Below are positions 1-12,622 of a stretch of DNA of 64,000 bases, piece after piece. Origin of the DNA: Squalus acanthias. Its lineage: Eukaryota. The DNA lies in the NCBI GenBank assembly GCA_030390025.1, contig CM059432.1, positions 116,562,001-116,626,000 on the forward strand, in the 5' to 3' direction. Position 1 is the first letter of the stretch. The number at the start of each line of letters is the position of its first letter. Below the pieces are notes generated by a model. The model worked only from the letters and a program-made list of their open reading frames with translations, had not been told where the DNA came from and did not search any database. The position numbers were made by a program, and so were the translations under genes.

Positions 1-880
1 TTCCCTTTTTGATTTCTTGGTGACTATCTTATATTGATGGCCTCTAGTTTTGCTCTTCCCCACAAGTGGAAACACTCTCTCTGTATCTCCTCTATCAAAA
101 CCTATCATAACTTTAAAAACTTCTATTAGGTCACTCCTCAGCCTTCTCTTTTCAAGGGAAAAGAGACCCAGCCTGTTCATCCTTTCCTGATAGGTATAAC
201 CTCGCATTTCTGGTATCCTTGTAAATCTTTTTTGCACCCTCTCCAGTGCCTCTATATCCTTTTTATAATATGGAGACCAGAATTGTACACAGCACTCCAA
301 GTGTGGTCTAACCAAGGTTCAATACAAGTTCAGCATCATTTCTCTACTTTTCAAATCAATCCCTCTAGAAATAAACCCTAGTGTTTGGTTTGCTGTTTTT
401 TTTATGGCCTTGTTAACCTGCGTCACTACTTTCAGTGATTTGTGTATTTGTACTCCGAAATCCCTTTGTTCTTCTACCCCACTTAGATTCGTATTTTCCA
501 AGTAATATGTGACCTCCCTATTGTTCTGAACAAAATGTAATACCTCACATTTATCTGTGTTGAAATTAATTTGCCTTAACTTATGATTTAACTTAAAATA
601 GAACTTTGGATTTGCCTTTTCTATTCTTCTTAGTACCTTAAATACCTCTATAAGGTCTTCTCATTTGCTCCTTTCAAGTTTGAAGAGTCTTGAGTTTATT
701 TAGCCTCTCCTCATTACTCAGACTAGGCTTCAGCTTCATAGTCCTTCTCTGCACTATCTTTTCCTTTATATCTTGGTGACCACAGCACAGCTTCAGCATA
801 CCAGCCTCAGATTTGTACTCTACTAATTTAGCAATATGGCTCAATGTTCTGTTAACTTTACTGATTGCAATTTCCTCCCT
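1..880 (-). mobile_element. Degenerate CR1 LINE ORF2 3' fragments
   Basis: Minus-strand peptides RDFGVQIHKSLKV...KTANQTLGFISRGI and EERLNKL typical of the CR1 RT C-terminus. Confidence 0.75.
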
Positions 881-989
881 CATTCACATGTCCCTGCTGG
901 CTCCAAACTCCATCACCACTGTGTTTCACTCATGGAGAAAACTACCCACAATTCCCTCCTGACGCCTTTCTGATCTACCACCTGACAGC

Positions 990-1265
990 CTGGCCAAAGT
1001 GGCCATTAACAGGTCCAGGCAGCGGGCGGTCGAGGGGGTCGTTCGGCCCAATTGCCTACCTCTCTTCCGCGGCTATGTTCGCGCCCGGGTGGCCCTGGAG
1101 ATGGAGCACGCGGTGTCCGCCGGCACGCTTGAAGCCTTCCGAGACCGGTGGGCGCCGCAGGGACTGGAGTGCATCGTCTCCCCGGACAATGTTATTTTAG
1201 TTTAATGAGATAAGTTTCATTTGAAGTTTTGTTAAGTTACAGTCGTTTTATGTTGACTCAAAAAG
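990..1265 (+). mobile_element. 5'-truncated Tx1/L1-clade LINE 3' end
   Basis: GC-rich block encoding AKVAINRSR...FRGYVRARV.LE.EHAVS.GT...FR.RW...*, resembling Tx1-type ORF2 C-termini; AT-rich 3' UTR follows. Confidence 0.55.
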
Positions 1266-1277
1266 AGTTACCACCTG

Positions 1278-1692
1278 ACAGACAGACAGACAGACTTGCA
1301 TTTATATAGCACCTTTCACGACCACCGGACGTCCCAAAGCACTTTACAGCCAATGAAGTAATTTTGAAGTGTAGTCACTGTTGTAATGTAGGAAACGCGG
1401 CAGCCAATTTGCGCACAGCAAGCTCCCACAAACAGCAATGTGATAACGACCAAATAATCTGCTTTTGTTATGTTAATTGATGGATAAATATTGGCCAGTA
1501 CACTGGGGATAACTCCCCTGCTCTTCTTCAAAATAGTGCCATGGGATCTTTTACATCCACCTGAGAGAAAGCAGATGGGGCCTCAGTTTTATCATCTCAT
1601 CTGACAGTGTAGCACACCCTCAGTACTGCACTGGAGTGTCAGCTTAGATTTTTGTGCTCAAGTCTCTGGAGTGGGACTTGAACCCACAACCT
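1278..1692 (-). mobile_element. Deu-domain SINE (SacSINE1-like)
   Basis: Reverse complement of the SINE at 26479; (caga)n tail, gacttgcatttatatagc 3' end, B-box remnant. Confidence 0.8.
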
Positions 1693-2539
1693 TTGCTCTT
1701 TCTACCACAGTTGCCTTGCCTCCATCTTCAATTCCCCTGTTCCCTCCAGATCTTAGGTAGTCAACCATCTTCAATGCTCTTCCAGTATGTAGCCACCTTT
1801 TGAACTTAAGTCTGCTCAAGGTTGTAGACTTAAGTGTATGTGACGATCGACCAGACTCCACCATCAGATCTGACTTGACCACAATAAGCTGTATTGTCAT
1901 ACCCTCCATACAGCCAAATCCTATTATTCCAAGGTCATGCTGAACAGCAGGAATGACTCCAAGTTTTTTTTCTCCACTATAACTGGTCTCCTCAGACCCC
2001 TCTTCCCTGCATCCTCTATTCTCATACTACCTCTTGCTGGCAATAGGCACAAATATAGTTCAGCTTACATAACAAAAGAACAAATTTGTTCTGTATAGCA
2101 CATCTGTCAGGACATACCTGCTTCATATTTGTTAAATTACTTTTTAAAATGCAGTTACCATTGTTATGTGGGTAAACACAGCAGCTAGATTACGCAGAGC
2201 AAGATGACACAAGCAGCACTGCCTCAGGGTATCCTGAGGTATCAGCCTAGATTATATGTTTAGGTCCTTGAGTGGGGCTTGAACCTACAAACCTCTCATA
2301 CAGAAACAAGAACCTTACTAACTGAACTAAGCTGACAAACATGTTGATAATAGCCTATTCCACCTCTCTGTTTCCACAACTGACTCCAAGGCCGTCACAG
2401 TTATATTTGACTGTCTCTCTGACAATAAGATAAATAACATTGGTAAAATCAAAGGCATCATTTTTGGTGCCCACCAACACATACGATCCTCCAACGCCAC
2501 TTTCATCAACCTTCTGGTTGCTCATTCAGACTGGGTGTC

Positions 2540-3165
2540 TGGTTTGACCCTGAGTTGAGCTGCATATTTCAATCTCAGGAACATTGCCATATACACCCTT
2601 ATCTTTCTCCCTCTGCTGCTGAAACCCTAATTCATGCCTTCATCATGTCAAGGATTGACTTTTCAAATGCCCTCTTCATTCACCTGCCCTCTTCCACTCT
2701 TCATAAGCTTCAATTAATCCAAATCTTTGTAGCCTGAGGCCTTTTGTGCACAATGTCATGCATTCCCATTGCTCTTGTCCTTGCCTAGCTCCAATGGTTC
2801 CCTGTTCTCCAGACTTTACAGTCCTTGTTTAAAAATTCTTCTATGGCCTCTCTCCTTCCTACTTTAGTTATCTCCTCCAACAATATATCACAGCACGAAG
2901 CCTCCACTGTTCTGACTTTGACTTACTGTTCACCGTTCCCTCTGCTTGACCATGAGAAGTCATTCTTTCAATCACTATAGCCCTGCCTTCTGGTACTCCG
3001 TTCATAGATCACTCTGCCTTGCCATTTCTCTCACTGCTTTTTGGCCACGCTTTCAGTCCTCGCATTCTTAATCTCATCCTCATTCAGTGTTTCCATTCTA
3101 CTTGTTATTTAGCACCCAGAGACATTCTGCTACATGAGTGGCACTATACAAACCTAAGTTGTTGC
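2540..3165 (+). mobile_element. Old L2 LINE 3' fragment
   Basis: Peptide LSPSAAETLIHAFIMSRIDFSNALF..LP...LHKLQLIQ, typical of L2 ORF2. Confidence 0.75.
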
Positions 3166-3433
3166 TCTGAAATTACTGGTTATGCAAAGCATTGAGTTAT
3201 CACTCCTAGATCTCTTTCAACCTCTGCTCTAGCTTTCTCAACACTCTTTATTTGGTTAGGTTTGTCTCCCATTCTTTCTTCCAATGTTCAATACTTTGCA
3301 GTTGCCTGTGATGACCTTCACCTGTCACAGATTCCAGCTGAAAAATTTGTTTAAGTCCTTCTGTAGTCCCTTGGTTGCCTCGTCGGACTTGGCTGCCTCT
3401 GCCAAACAAACCCAACCACAGGCCAAATTAGTA

Positions 3434-3930
3434 CATAAGAACATAAGAAATAGGAGCAGGAATAGGCCACTTGGCCCCTCGAGCCTGCTCCACCATTCAA
3501 TAAGATCATGGCTGATCTTGGGCTCCAAGCCACTTCCCTGCCTGCTCCCCATAACCCTTCACTCCCTTATCTTGCAAAAATCTGTCTATCTCCACCTTAA
3601 ATGTATTTAATGACCCAGCCTCCACGGCTCTCTGGGGCAGAGAATTCCACAGATTTACGACCCTCTGAGAGAAGAAATTCCTCCTCATCTCAGTTCTAAA
3701 AGGGCAACCCTTTATTCTGAAACTATGCCCCCGAGTTCTAGATTTCCCCACAAGGGGAAACATCCTCTCTGCATCTACCTTGTCGAGCCCCCTCAGTATC
3801 TTATATATTTCAATAAGATCACCTCTCATTCTTCTAAATTCCAATGTGTATAGGCCCAATCTGCTCAACCTTTCTTCATAAGTCAACCCCCTCACCTAGT
3901 GAATCGTCTCTGAACTGCCTCCAATGCAAG
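3434..3930 (-). mobile_element. CR1 LINE 3' fragment
   Basis: ORF 3506-3895 (YEERLSRLGLYTLEFRRMRGDLIE...RVVNLWNSLP); (cataagaa)n tail. Confidence 0.9.
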
Positions 3931-4048
3931 TAAATCAAAATGACTAGAATTGTAATTAGGTAAAATCTATGATTATGTATAAGCACGTGACAAATGTAGA
4001 ATCACAACAGTAATTTATGCTACAGTACCATTAACTAGGCTATATATA

Positions 4049-4790
4049 GGCCCAAAAATTCATCCCGGTGCGCGAGAGTACGCACTGCGTACTCTCGCGT
4101 ATTCCCTCTGCAATTGCCGGTTTTCTGCATGCCCTGCGCATGCGCTGAAAACCGGCAATTGCTCTTTTGAAAAGGGGGCGGTTCCTCGGTGCATCGCGTG
4201 CGCGCTACAGGCTGCGCGCACGCTGTGCACTTCATGCTTTGGACGCGCAGGTAAGTACTGAAGATTTTAGAAATGTAAAAAGGAGGAGTAAGACCCACTT
4301 TTAACAAGGTAAGTAGTGAATTAAGTATTTTTTTGATTTTTTTTTTACAGGTATATCTTTTTTAGAGACTTTAAAGACAGGTAAGTTTATTTTTATAACT
4401 TTTTAAAAGATTTTAAATTTTTTCAAAATTTTTATTTTTTATTTAAAATGGTTAATTTATTTAACTATACTTATTTTATTAATGTGATGGTTTTTTTTTA
4501 AATTTAATTGAGGTTTAGCTGTTATTTTGGGGGGTGTAAGATTCATAGATTTCACAAACGTGCTGTGAAACTTATGAATGGAAGATGGTGTGCTGCCATT
4601 GGCTCTAACTGAGTCACGTGATCCCACAGCTCGCACGAATTCACTACGCCGGTGGGATACGCAAGCACTGCCCGGCTGATGTCTGGAACATCAAGTTCGT
4701 GCGAGCTGGATCTGAAAAAGCACAAGCGAGGTGAGAGATCGCGGGGAAGGCTTACCCCCGCGGGAACAGAGCGAGATCAATTTCTGGGCC
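4049..4790. mobile_element. Hairpin-rich MITE, copy 1 (probable Harbinger family)
   Basis: Imperfect TIRs ggcccaaaaatt / aatttctgggcc; colinear second copy at 12623-13367; TIR resembles the Harbinger end at 54912-54924. Confidence 0.8.
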
Positions 4791-5554
4791 ATTATCTTTC
4801 AGGACTTGCAGATTAGAGAGAAACCCCAGAGTGTTTGCCTTTGTGCTTCCATAAAAGGCAGCATTTAGCATCAGCTTGAATGCTGAGAATAATTAGTTCC
4901 AGCTGAGTATGCATATATTAACTTATTCCAATGTACAGTTCTGGTCCACAGACAGTCCAGTCTGAATTGCCAGCTTCCATGTGAGAGAAGGGAGCTGCTC
5001 ACACAGGCTGTCCCCAGAACTGTTGGTGTAAGTGGAGACTAGAGCAACAGCTCTCTATGGGAGGAGATAGGAAATACTTTTTCCCCCTATAATTGTGCGG
5101 GTTTCCTTCGACTTTAATGTCTATTTCATGACTATTCATCATTGCAGCTTGGCAAAACTTAACAGCTTTCAAGTGAGGATGCGCTTGGAGTGATATTTAT
5201 AATTAGGAAGAGTGACACAGAATTCAAACCAGTTTCAACACATGGACTACTTTTAGTGATACATAAATAAAATAGGTCAAATTAGTAAACCAAAATGATT
5301 GTCAGTCCTGATTAAATGCAGCTTCGGGGTTTGGCATATCTGATTATTAGTAGTATGGTTAGATGGGTTTGCAGTCGATTTTACTTTAGGTAAATAAACT
5401 CAATTGTTGGGAGACAGACTTCATGTGGTCCTTATCTTGGAAACTGACACACAGAGTTACTTTCTCCTACATGCCCTGGAGCTTGGTGCTGGGGGTTTGG
5501 ATTGCACTCAGGCGGTAAGGTGGGCTGAGACGCCAGCTGCAAGAAGCAGAGCAT

Positions 5555-5671
5555 TGACCTGTTTCCGCAGAACGTTCCAATTTCGAATTGCAAGCATTGT
5601 GACCTCATCTGAGTGACACACCGACCAGCCAATGGCGCTCTGAGCCTGGGGGTAAGCCGAGCTATACCAAT
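5555..5671 (+). promoter_or_regulatory. Putative CYB5A proximal promoter: two CCAAT boxes and two TGACCT half-sites
   Basis: CCAAT at 5629-5633 (agccaatgg, NF-Y-like) and 5667-5671; TGACCT at 5555 and 5600; CpG-enriched and 50-165 bp upstream of the ATG. TSS unknown. Confidence 0.5.
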
Positions 5672-5719
5672 GACCGGAGCCGGCAGAGTTTGCTTTCCTT
5701 CGACTGCAGTGGTTGCAAT

Positions 5720-5845
5720 ATGGCTGAGAATAAGGAAGAAGTGAAGTACTACCGACTGGAAGAGTTGAAGCAGCACAACAGCGGGAGTAGTGCCTGGATC
5801 CATATTCGAAACAAGATATACGACGTGACCAAGTTCCTGGAGGAG
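5720..5845 (+). CDS. CYB5A: Cytochrome b5 type A, coding exon 1 (MAENKEEVKYYRLEELKQHNSGSSAWIHIRNKIYDVTKFLEE)
   Basis: ATG at 5720; cytochrome b5 N-terminal motif KYY.LEE...HN...W......YD.TKFLEE; GT donor at 5846, phase 0. Confidence 0.95.
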
Positions 5846-6367
5846 GTACTTTATGTTAAATGCCTTGATTCCATTGAAATAAATATTGTGCAACTCTGCT
5901 CCTCTCTGTTAGTGTCAAACTGCCTGTTGCTACAAGCAGTGGGAGTAATGTTCAACAATGTAAAACATCTCAGTCGACAGCTTTGGCCTTAACAAGAGAA
6001 GCGTTGTGGAGCACACGAATCATTTTATAAATGTGCAACTTGTAATAGTTTTCTATTAATGGTGTAAAATCAATTTTAATCCTGCAAGACTGTGTGTGGC
6101 TGGTGTAAAATATTTGCCACCACAAATCCCTCTAAGATTTAGAAACTGCTGTTGCGTATAACGCTAACTGCCAAGCAGGGATTGCACCATTGCACACTTG
6201 CAGGTAGCACGGGAGAGTTTGTGAACTCTTCGGACCTCATTGGTCACCAAGTTAATCCTGCTCCAAAATTGCCGAGTTGTGCAGCCAAGACCTCTGTAAC
6301 TGCGAGTAAGTTCTAAAGGCTTCATATCTTGTATGCTCCCTCCATGAAACAGACTTGTTAATGTATG

Positions 6368-6498
6368 ATAGCAAAATACTGCGGATGCTGGAAATCCGAA
6401 ATAACAACAGAAAACGCTGGAAAAACTCGGCAGGCCAGGCAGCATCCGTGGAGAGAGAAAGAGAGTTAACGTTTCAGGTCAATGACCTTTCATCAGAA
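6368..6498 (-). mobile_element. Penelope-like element terminal (pLTR) fragment with hammerhead core
   Basis: Nearly identical to 45605-45700; flanked by a 12-bp TSD tgttaatgtatg (6356-6367, 6499-6510). Confidence 0.8.
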
Positions 6499-6896
6499 TG
6501 TTAATGTATGCTTTTGTAACAGTGAGGTTGAGATTTTATCTCTAATTATGGGAAAGGGTTTTGAGGTCTGATCGTCTCGGGTAGAAAAGCAAATGAACCT
6601 GTTCATTTTGGGTGTGGGTTTTTCTGGCACCTTGTGTTAGGCTTGTTACTTGAATTTGTGTTTCTGTCCTCATTTTGGGATGTAATTTCCAGCAGTGCTT
6701 CTCTACCTTAAGATCTTTGTGGAAAACAGTCTGAAGATAACACATCCCAAATCTTTATTGAAAACAAAACCCTCCACCTTTCTTACCCCTGTCAGGGAAT
6801 TCCCCATGACCCCTATCTCCTGCTCAACAAGGGATATATATCTCACTCTTCCCTCCATCTTGATTTTCATGCCTGCAGTTTCTCTCCTGTCTACTG

Positions 6897-7330
6897 TCGA
6901 CCTTAGCTCGGTGGTAGAACTCTTGTCTCTGAGTCAGAAGGTCCTGGGTTCAAGCTCCACTCTGGGTACTTGAGCATATAATCTAGGTTGACACTTCAGT
7001 GCAGTACTGAGGGAGTGCTACACTGCCGGAGGTGCCATCTTTCAGATGAGACATTAAATTGAGGCCCTGTTTGCCCCCTCGGGTGGATATTAAAGGTCCC
7101 ATGGCACCAATCAAAGAGATGGGGAATTCTCCTGGTATCCTGGCAAAAATGTATCCCTCAAACAACATCACTAAAACAGATTATCTGGTCATTCTCATTG
7201 CTCTTTGTGGGATCTTGTGCGCAACTTGGCTGACACGTTTCCATTATAGCAGTGGCTACATTTCAAAGGAGCTGAGGTTGGGTCGTCCCGAGGTTGTGAA
7301 AGGTGCTTTATATAAATTTAAGTTAATTTG
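6897..7330 (+). mobile_element. Deu-domain SINE
   Basis: tRNA-like A/B boxes (tagctcggtgg, ggttcaagct), Deu core ggaggtgcc.tcttt..gatgagac.ttaaa, L2-like tail. Confidence 0.8.
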
Positions 7331-8229
7331 TCCTTTCTATCTACTGTGTTGGGGAGAAAGAGGAGAGTGGAAAAGGAGCTAGGAGAGCAAGAGAGATGTC
7401 CACAATCCCTCCCACATCCCTTTACACCAACCATATCTCCCTCTTGAGGGTAAGTGTAGAACTTTTGGTGAGTGATTGTCAGTTGGCCCTTCTTCCTGTG
7501 GAGATTGGGAAAAGCTGTCTGTATGCTTTCACCCATTCTTTTTCTGTTATCTGTAGTCTCTTTTGCGTTTGTGCATGGGCGAATAGTGCTTAAGAGGAGA
7601 CCCACAACCTGAGTGCTGCTTTTCCCTTTTACTGTACTCGTGCCGATAAGCACCATTGGAGGACCAGGAGGAAGAGCTCTGCATCTTCTACAGCTCTGCT
7701 TTTGGGACCTTTAAAATAATCAGGTTCTGGTTCCAGTCAGAGTTCACTTTGTTACATCATAGTGTGCTGGTGGGAGAGGGCAGTAACTGGCTCCGTATTC
7801 TTATAACTGGTACGTCTTAACATGCGTTTTCTCTGTTACATCACACTTTGGGTGTGACATTTTATATTCATGAATGAGTGACAAATCGGAACTGAGCACG
7901 TGGGGAATGTACTAGTCAGTAAGTAGCAAAGTGGGAATAAAAATCACCAATCATGAAGTTCAAAAATGGACAGTTAGCAACATCTATTTTATTTTTTAAA
8001 AAGTCAGCAAACCAATATTTTTTTGAAAAGTTAGTTCTGGTGACCATCTTGAACTCTTTTCCAGCTGAGAGCCTTTTAACATCATAAAGATAGTAACAAG
8101 TTACATTTATTTACAAGAAAATTATTACAGCAGCATTTTCTACATTTTACAATATCTTCAGTCTGAGCAGCCTGAGCCGTGAGTTCATGCAGGATTCCAG
8201 ACCCATACTGTTTAAAGAATAAATTACCA

Positions 8230-8610
8230 CTTGCATTCTCAAAGTGCTTCACAGTGAAAAAATTACTTTTGAAGTGTAGTCACTTTTGCAGGCAAATGCA
8301 GCAGCGAATTTGCACACAGCAAAGATTCCATAAACATCAAGTGAGATAAATGACTAGTTAATCTGTTTGGCGATGTTGGTGGAGGTTTGATCGTTGTCCA
8401 GGACAAATGGAGATTCTTTACATAGTGGTATGGGATTTGTTTTTAAACATCAACCTTGCTAGGCAAGCGAGGGCCCGGTTTAACATCTCATCCAAAAGAT
8501 AGCACCTCCAGCAAAGCAGAATTCCCGAGACTATGTGCTCAAATTCTGGAGTGGGGATTGAACCCACAACCTCCGATTGAGAGGCAAGAGTACTACTGCT
8601 GAGCCAAACT
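8230..8610 (-). mobile_element. Degenerate Deu-domain SINE
   Basis: Colinear similarity to the other copies (gaagtgtagtcac, ctggagtgggg.ttgaacccacaac). Confidence 0.65.
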
Positions 8611-10559
8611 AACAGTTGAAAGGTGTGAAGCTAGCAGGCCACACATCTAGCGTGCCCCTTTATGTAACATTTAGACAACTTTCTGATGGACAGCAAGACA
8701 AGCCATTTGTAGTGTGCCAGAATTTTTTGTAAATCTTGCCTGTTCCAATGGAACATTATGTTTTAGGATTGTGAGAGTAAATTGATATTTTTTTTGTATA
8801 GAGCACCAAGTAAAAGTATGCACTTATTCTGAGGTAGTTCTCTTGGAAAGCAACAATTCAGGTCACTATGTTCAAGTGGTTGATTACAGCATGTTGCTTG
8901 CATGACCAATAAAACTTTAAACAATGCTAACTTCAAAGTGGAATTGTTGTAATGGTTTGTAAATGACTGCAGCAGCTGCCTTTCTTTTTATTTGTTACTG
9001 AGAACTCTAATTGTTCATATAAACAGATAGCAACTTGTGGAAGGGCTATACCATTATTCAAGTTTGGAGGGAGTTCTGAATTTAAAATGCATTGCCAAAA
9101 CATTCTGATTTAATGCATGCAAATAAGAATATTAAACTAAAATTTGAAATTCTTGGCCTTTGCAATAGAAAACAAGCTCTCTAAACAAATGAACAGTAAA
9201 AAGCTGCCCCCATCCCCACCCCCATATTACATGCTGGTGTCTATCGCTATCACTATTGTGAAAATTGAGTAAGGAAAGCATTGTACTTAACTGTTTCTGA
9301 GGATATCTTTTACAAACTTTTCTCCTGGAAATGTGCATCCTACCCCACTTACACACCCCAGCGAGTAGGGCCCCTTTACAACTGCATAACCTCTAAAATG
9401 GCAGTTGTGCTTGACTTTTGACACAGTCTGATGGGTTGGACTTTGTAAGGTGACATTTGTCAGCTAGCTGTGGGAAGGTCATAAACTGACCTCTGGAAAA
9501 GAATTGGGCTATTTTGTTAATATCCCTCTTGTATCTGGTTCTCACTCTTGACAGTTCTAGGAGTTCTCTCTTTGATCACTAGGGAGAGGCCAGCCTGCCC
9601 AGGAATATCTTCAATGAGACTCCTGCCCAAGCTCATATTGGTATCGTCTGGTATTTCACAATCTCAGCTGGCCTTTTAGTGGGCACATGAAGGGTAGGTT
9701 GGCAAGGAGACTATGGCCACAGGTTCTAAGGGGATGCCAGAAGCCAGCCAGTGGAGTTAGGAAGACTATGTGCTGTCTCTTGCCTTGTCCACTGGAATTT
9801 TCAGATGCACCAGTCTACTTTCTAGAATTGGCAGGATTGTTGATGGGAAACATCTGGCATAGGTAGAGGAGACCTATGAAAAATATTCCTCCTTTTTTAT
9901 TGAGTTTCTCCTTCCCAAAAATTGTGTAGGCAGGCTGTTCGTTCTATTCAGGTTCACCTATATATTTTTTAGTGGTTTGGGGGATTTTTTTTTAATCCGC
10001 CCCTCAAACTTCTGCTTGTTTTCCAGCAATAAAAGATTCCTTTGCAGCATGGTGACTTGTACAAGTTTCACTGCTAGCAGTGAGAAATGTCAGCCCCCCC
10101 TTCTCCCCTCCCCCCTTCCCCTATCTTTTGGGCAATAAATCAATCCAAGCAGATGATGCCTTTGCTTCAAACTATTCTATGTGATCTGGGTCTCCTTACT
10201 TCTGAATTCCCTTAAAAGGTGGCTGACAGCTATGTGTGATGGGAGCTATGAGGGAGTAGACCACCCTCCCTCCGGCTTGGGGGGCAGTGAGCCATCGAAA
10301 GATATTCCCTGCTCTTCCTGACAGAGATGCAGCTAATAAACCTCTTCAGCTCTTCCCATTGTGCATAGCCTTCTTTTCTCTTTGCATGCGTGAGTGTCGA
10401 AAGGATTGTTCAATTTTTTTTTTAACTCTCGTCCTGAATATATTAGGGCAAAGGGGGGTGGCAGATATCCCAATGGAAGTTTACACCAAACACGTTGTAC
10501 TCCTGTTACATTTGTGGGTGGGGGAAAATTTAGAATTAAAAAAATTAGAACCAAAGGCA

Positions 10560-10808
10560 ACATGAGGAAAAACCCTTTTTACGCAGCGAGTGGTTAAGAT
10601 CAGGAATGCACAGCCTGAAAAGGGTGGTGGAGGCAGATTCAATTGTGGCTTTCAAAACGGAATTGGATATAAGTACCTGAAGAAAAAAAATTTGTAGGGC
10701 TACGGGGAAAGAACGGGGGAGTGGGACGAGCTGAAGTGCTGTTGCAGAGAGCCAACACGGGCTCGACAGGCCGAATGGCCTCCTTCTGTGCTGTAACCAT
10801 TCTATGAT
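10560..10808 (+). mobile_element. CR1 LINE 3' end
   Basis: MRKNPF..QRVV peptide; 3' hairpin ggccgaatggcc and attctatga tail. Confidence 0.75.
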
Positions 10809-11109
10809 TTTAATGAAAAAAAACTTTCTGCTGTGGCAAGTCTTAACTTTCTTTGAAGACCATAGAAACGACTAGTGTTTGGTACTATACTATGTTTACT
10901 TTTAAAGCAAATCTTTGGCAAAAAGTCTGTTTGGTTTTATGCAACGCAGATCAGATAAAAACTGACTGTTGACTTGCATTCACAAATATGACATCTCTGC
11001 ATGTGCTGGTTGCTGTAGATTGGGTAAACCACATGATTAGTGTAACAGCCAATTTTAAGAAGTTTCTCAAACTATCATGTGATGGATCAACTGCCCTCCT
11101 CGTGCATTT

Positions 11110-12503
11110 ACAACAGAAATGCAGGGAACAGCGCCAACCGCTGTACATGGCCTTCTTTGACCGCACAAAGGCCTTTGACACTGTCAACCATGAGGGATTA
11201 TGGAGTGTCCTCCTCAAATTCGGCTGCCCTCAAAAGTTTGTCACCATCCTCCGCCTGCTTCACGACGACATGCAAGCCATGATCCTGACCAACGGTTCCA
11301 CCACAGACCCAATTCACATATGGACCGGGGTCAAGCAAGGCTGTGTCATCGCACCAACGCTCTTCTCGATCTTCCTTGCTGCAATGCTCCATCTCGCCCT
11401 CAGTAAGCTCCCCGCTGGAGTGGAGCTAATTTACAGAATAAACGGGAAACTGTTCAACCTCCGTCGCCTCCAGTCCAGATCCAAGGTCATTCCATCCTCT
11501 GTCGTCGAATTACAGTATGCAGACGGCACTTGCGTCTGCGCTCATTCGGAGGTCGAACTCCAAACCATTGTCAACACCTTCACCAAAGCGTACGAGAGCA
11601 TTGGCCTCACATTAAACATCTGAAAGACAAAGGTCCTCTACCAACCTGCCCCCGCCACACAGTACTGCCCCTCAATTATCAAAATCCAAGACAAGGCCTT
11701 GGACAACGTGAACCACTTTCCATACCTCGGGAGCCTACTGTCAACAAGGGCAGACGTCGATGACAAAGTCCAACACCGCCTTCAGTGTGCCCATGCAGCC
11801 TTCGATCGCCTGAGGAAGAGAGTGTTTGAAGACCAGGACCTCAAACCCGGCATTAAGCTCAAGGTCTACAGAGCAGCAGTGATACCCGCCCTGCTGTATG
11901 CCTCCGAGACATGGACCATGTACAGCAGGCACCTCAAAGCACTGGAGAGGTACCACCAACGCTGCCTTCGCAAGATCCTGCAAATCCATTGGCAGGATAG
12001 GCGCACCGACGTCTGTGTTTTCGCTCAGGCCAGCATCGAAGCTTTGACCACGCTCGATCAGCTCCGATGGACGGGTCACATCATCCGCATGCCCGATATG
12101 AGACTCCCAAAACAAGCGCTCTTCTCGGAGCTCCGACACGGCAAGCGAGCCTCAGGTGGGCAGAGGAAACGCTTCAAGGACACCCTCAAAGCTTCCTTGA
12201 AAAAGTGCAACATCCCCCCGATACTTGGAAATCCCTGGCCCACGACCGTACAAAGTGGAGGAGACGCATCCGGGAAGGTGCCGAACACCTTAAGTCTCTT
12301 CGCCAGGAGCAAGTGTAATCCAAGCGCAAGGAGCGCATGTCAACCCAAGCACCCCACCCACCCGCCCCTTCAACCACCGTCTGCCCCACCTGTGACAGAG
12401 ACTGTAGGTCCCGCATTGGACTCATCAGTCACCTGAGAACTCATTTTTAATGTGGAAGCAAGTCATCCTCGGTTCTGAGGGACTGCTTACGAAGAAGAAG
12501 AAG
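11110..12503 (+). mobile_element. 5'-truncated RTE-clade LINE
   Basis: RT motifs AFFD.TKAFDTV, GVKQGCVIAP, LQYAD; internal stop at 11621; (gaa)n tail; closely similar to the copy at 55427. Confidence 0.9.
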
Positions 12504-12622
12504 CTATCTAAAATGGTGTACAGGTCCTATAAGATGCATGTAGGCTTTATAGAGTAAACAAGGTGTAATGGCTTTTATCAGTTGAATATACAGTACACTA
12601 GAAATCTGTGTATTGGAGTAAT

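Noticed and set aside
5690..5992. 100-aa ORF as a single-exon cytochrome b5
   Set aside because: Homology stops at the GT donor (5846); the heme histidines are in exon 2, and the real start is the ATG at 5720.
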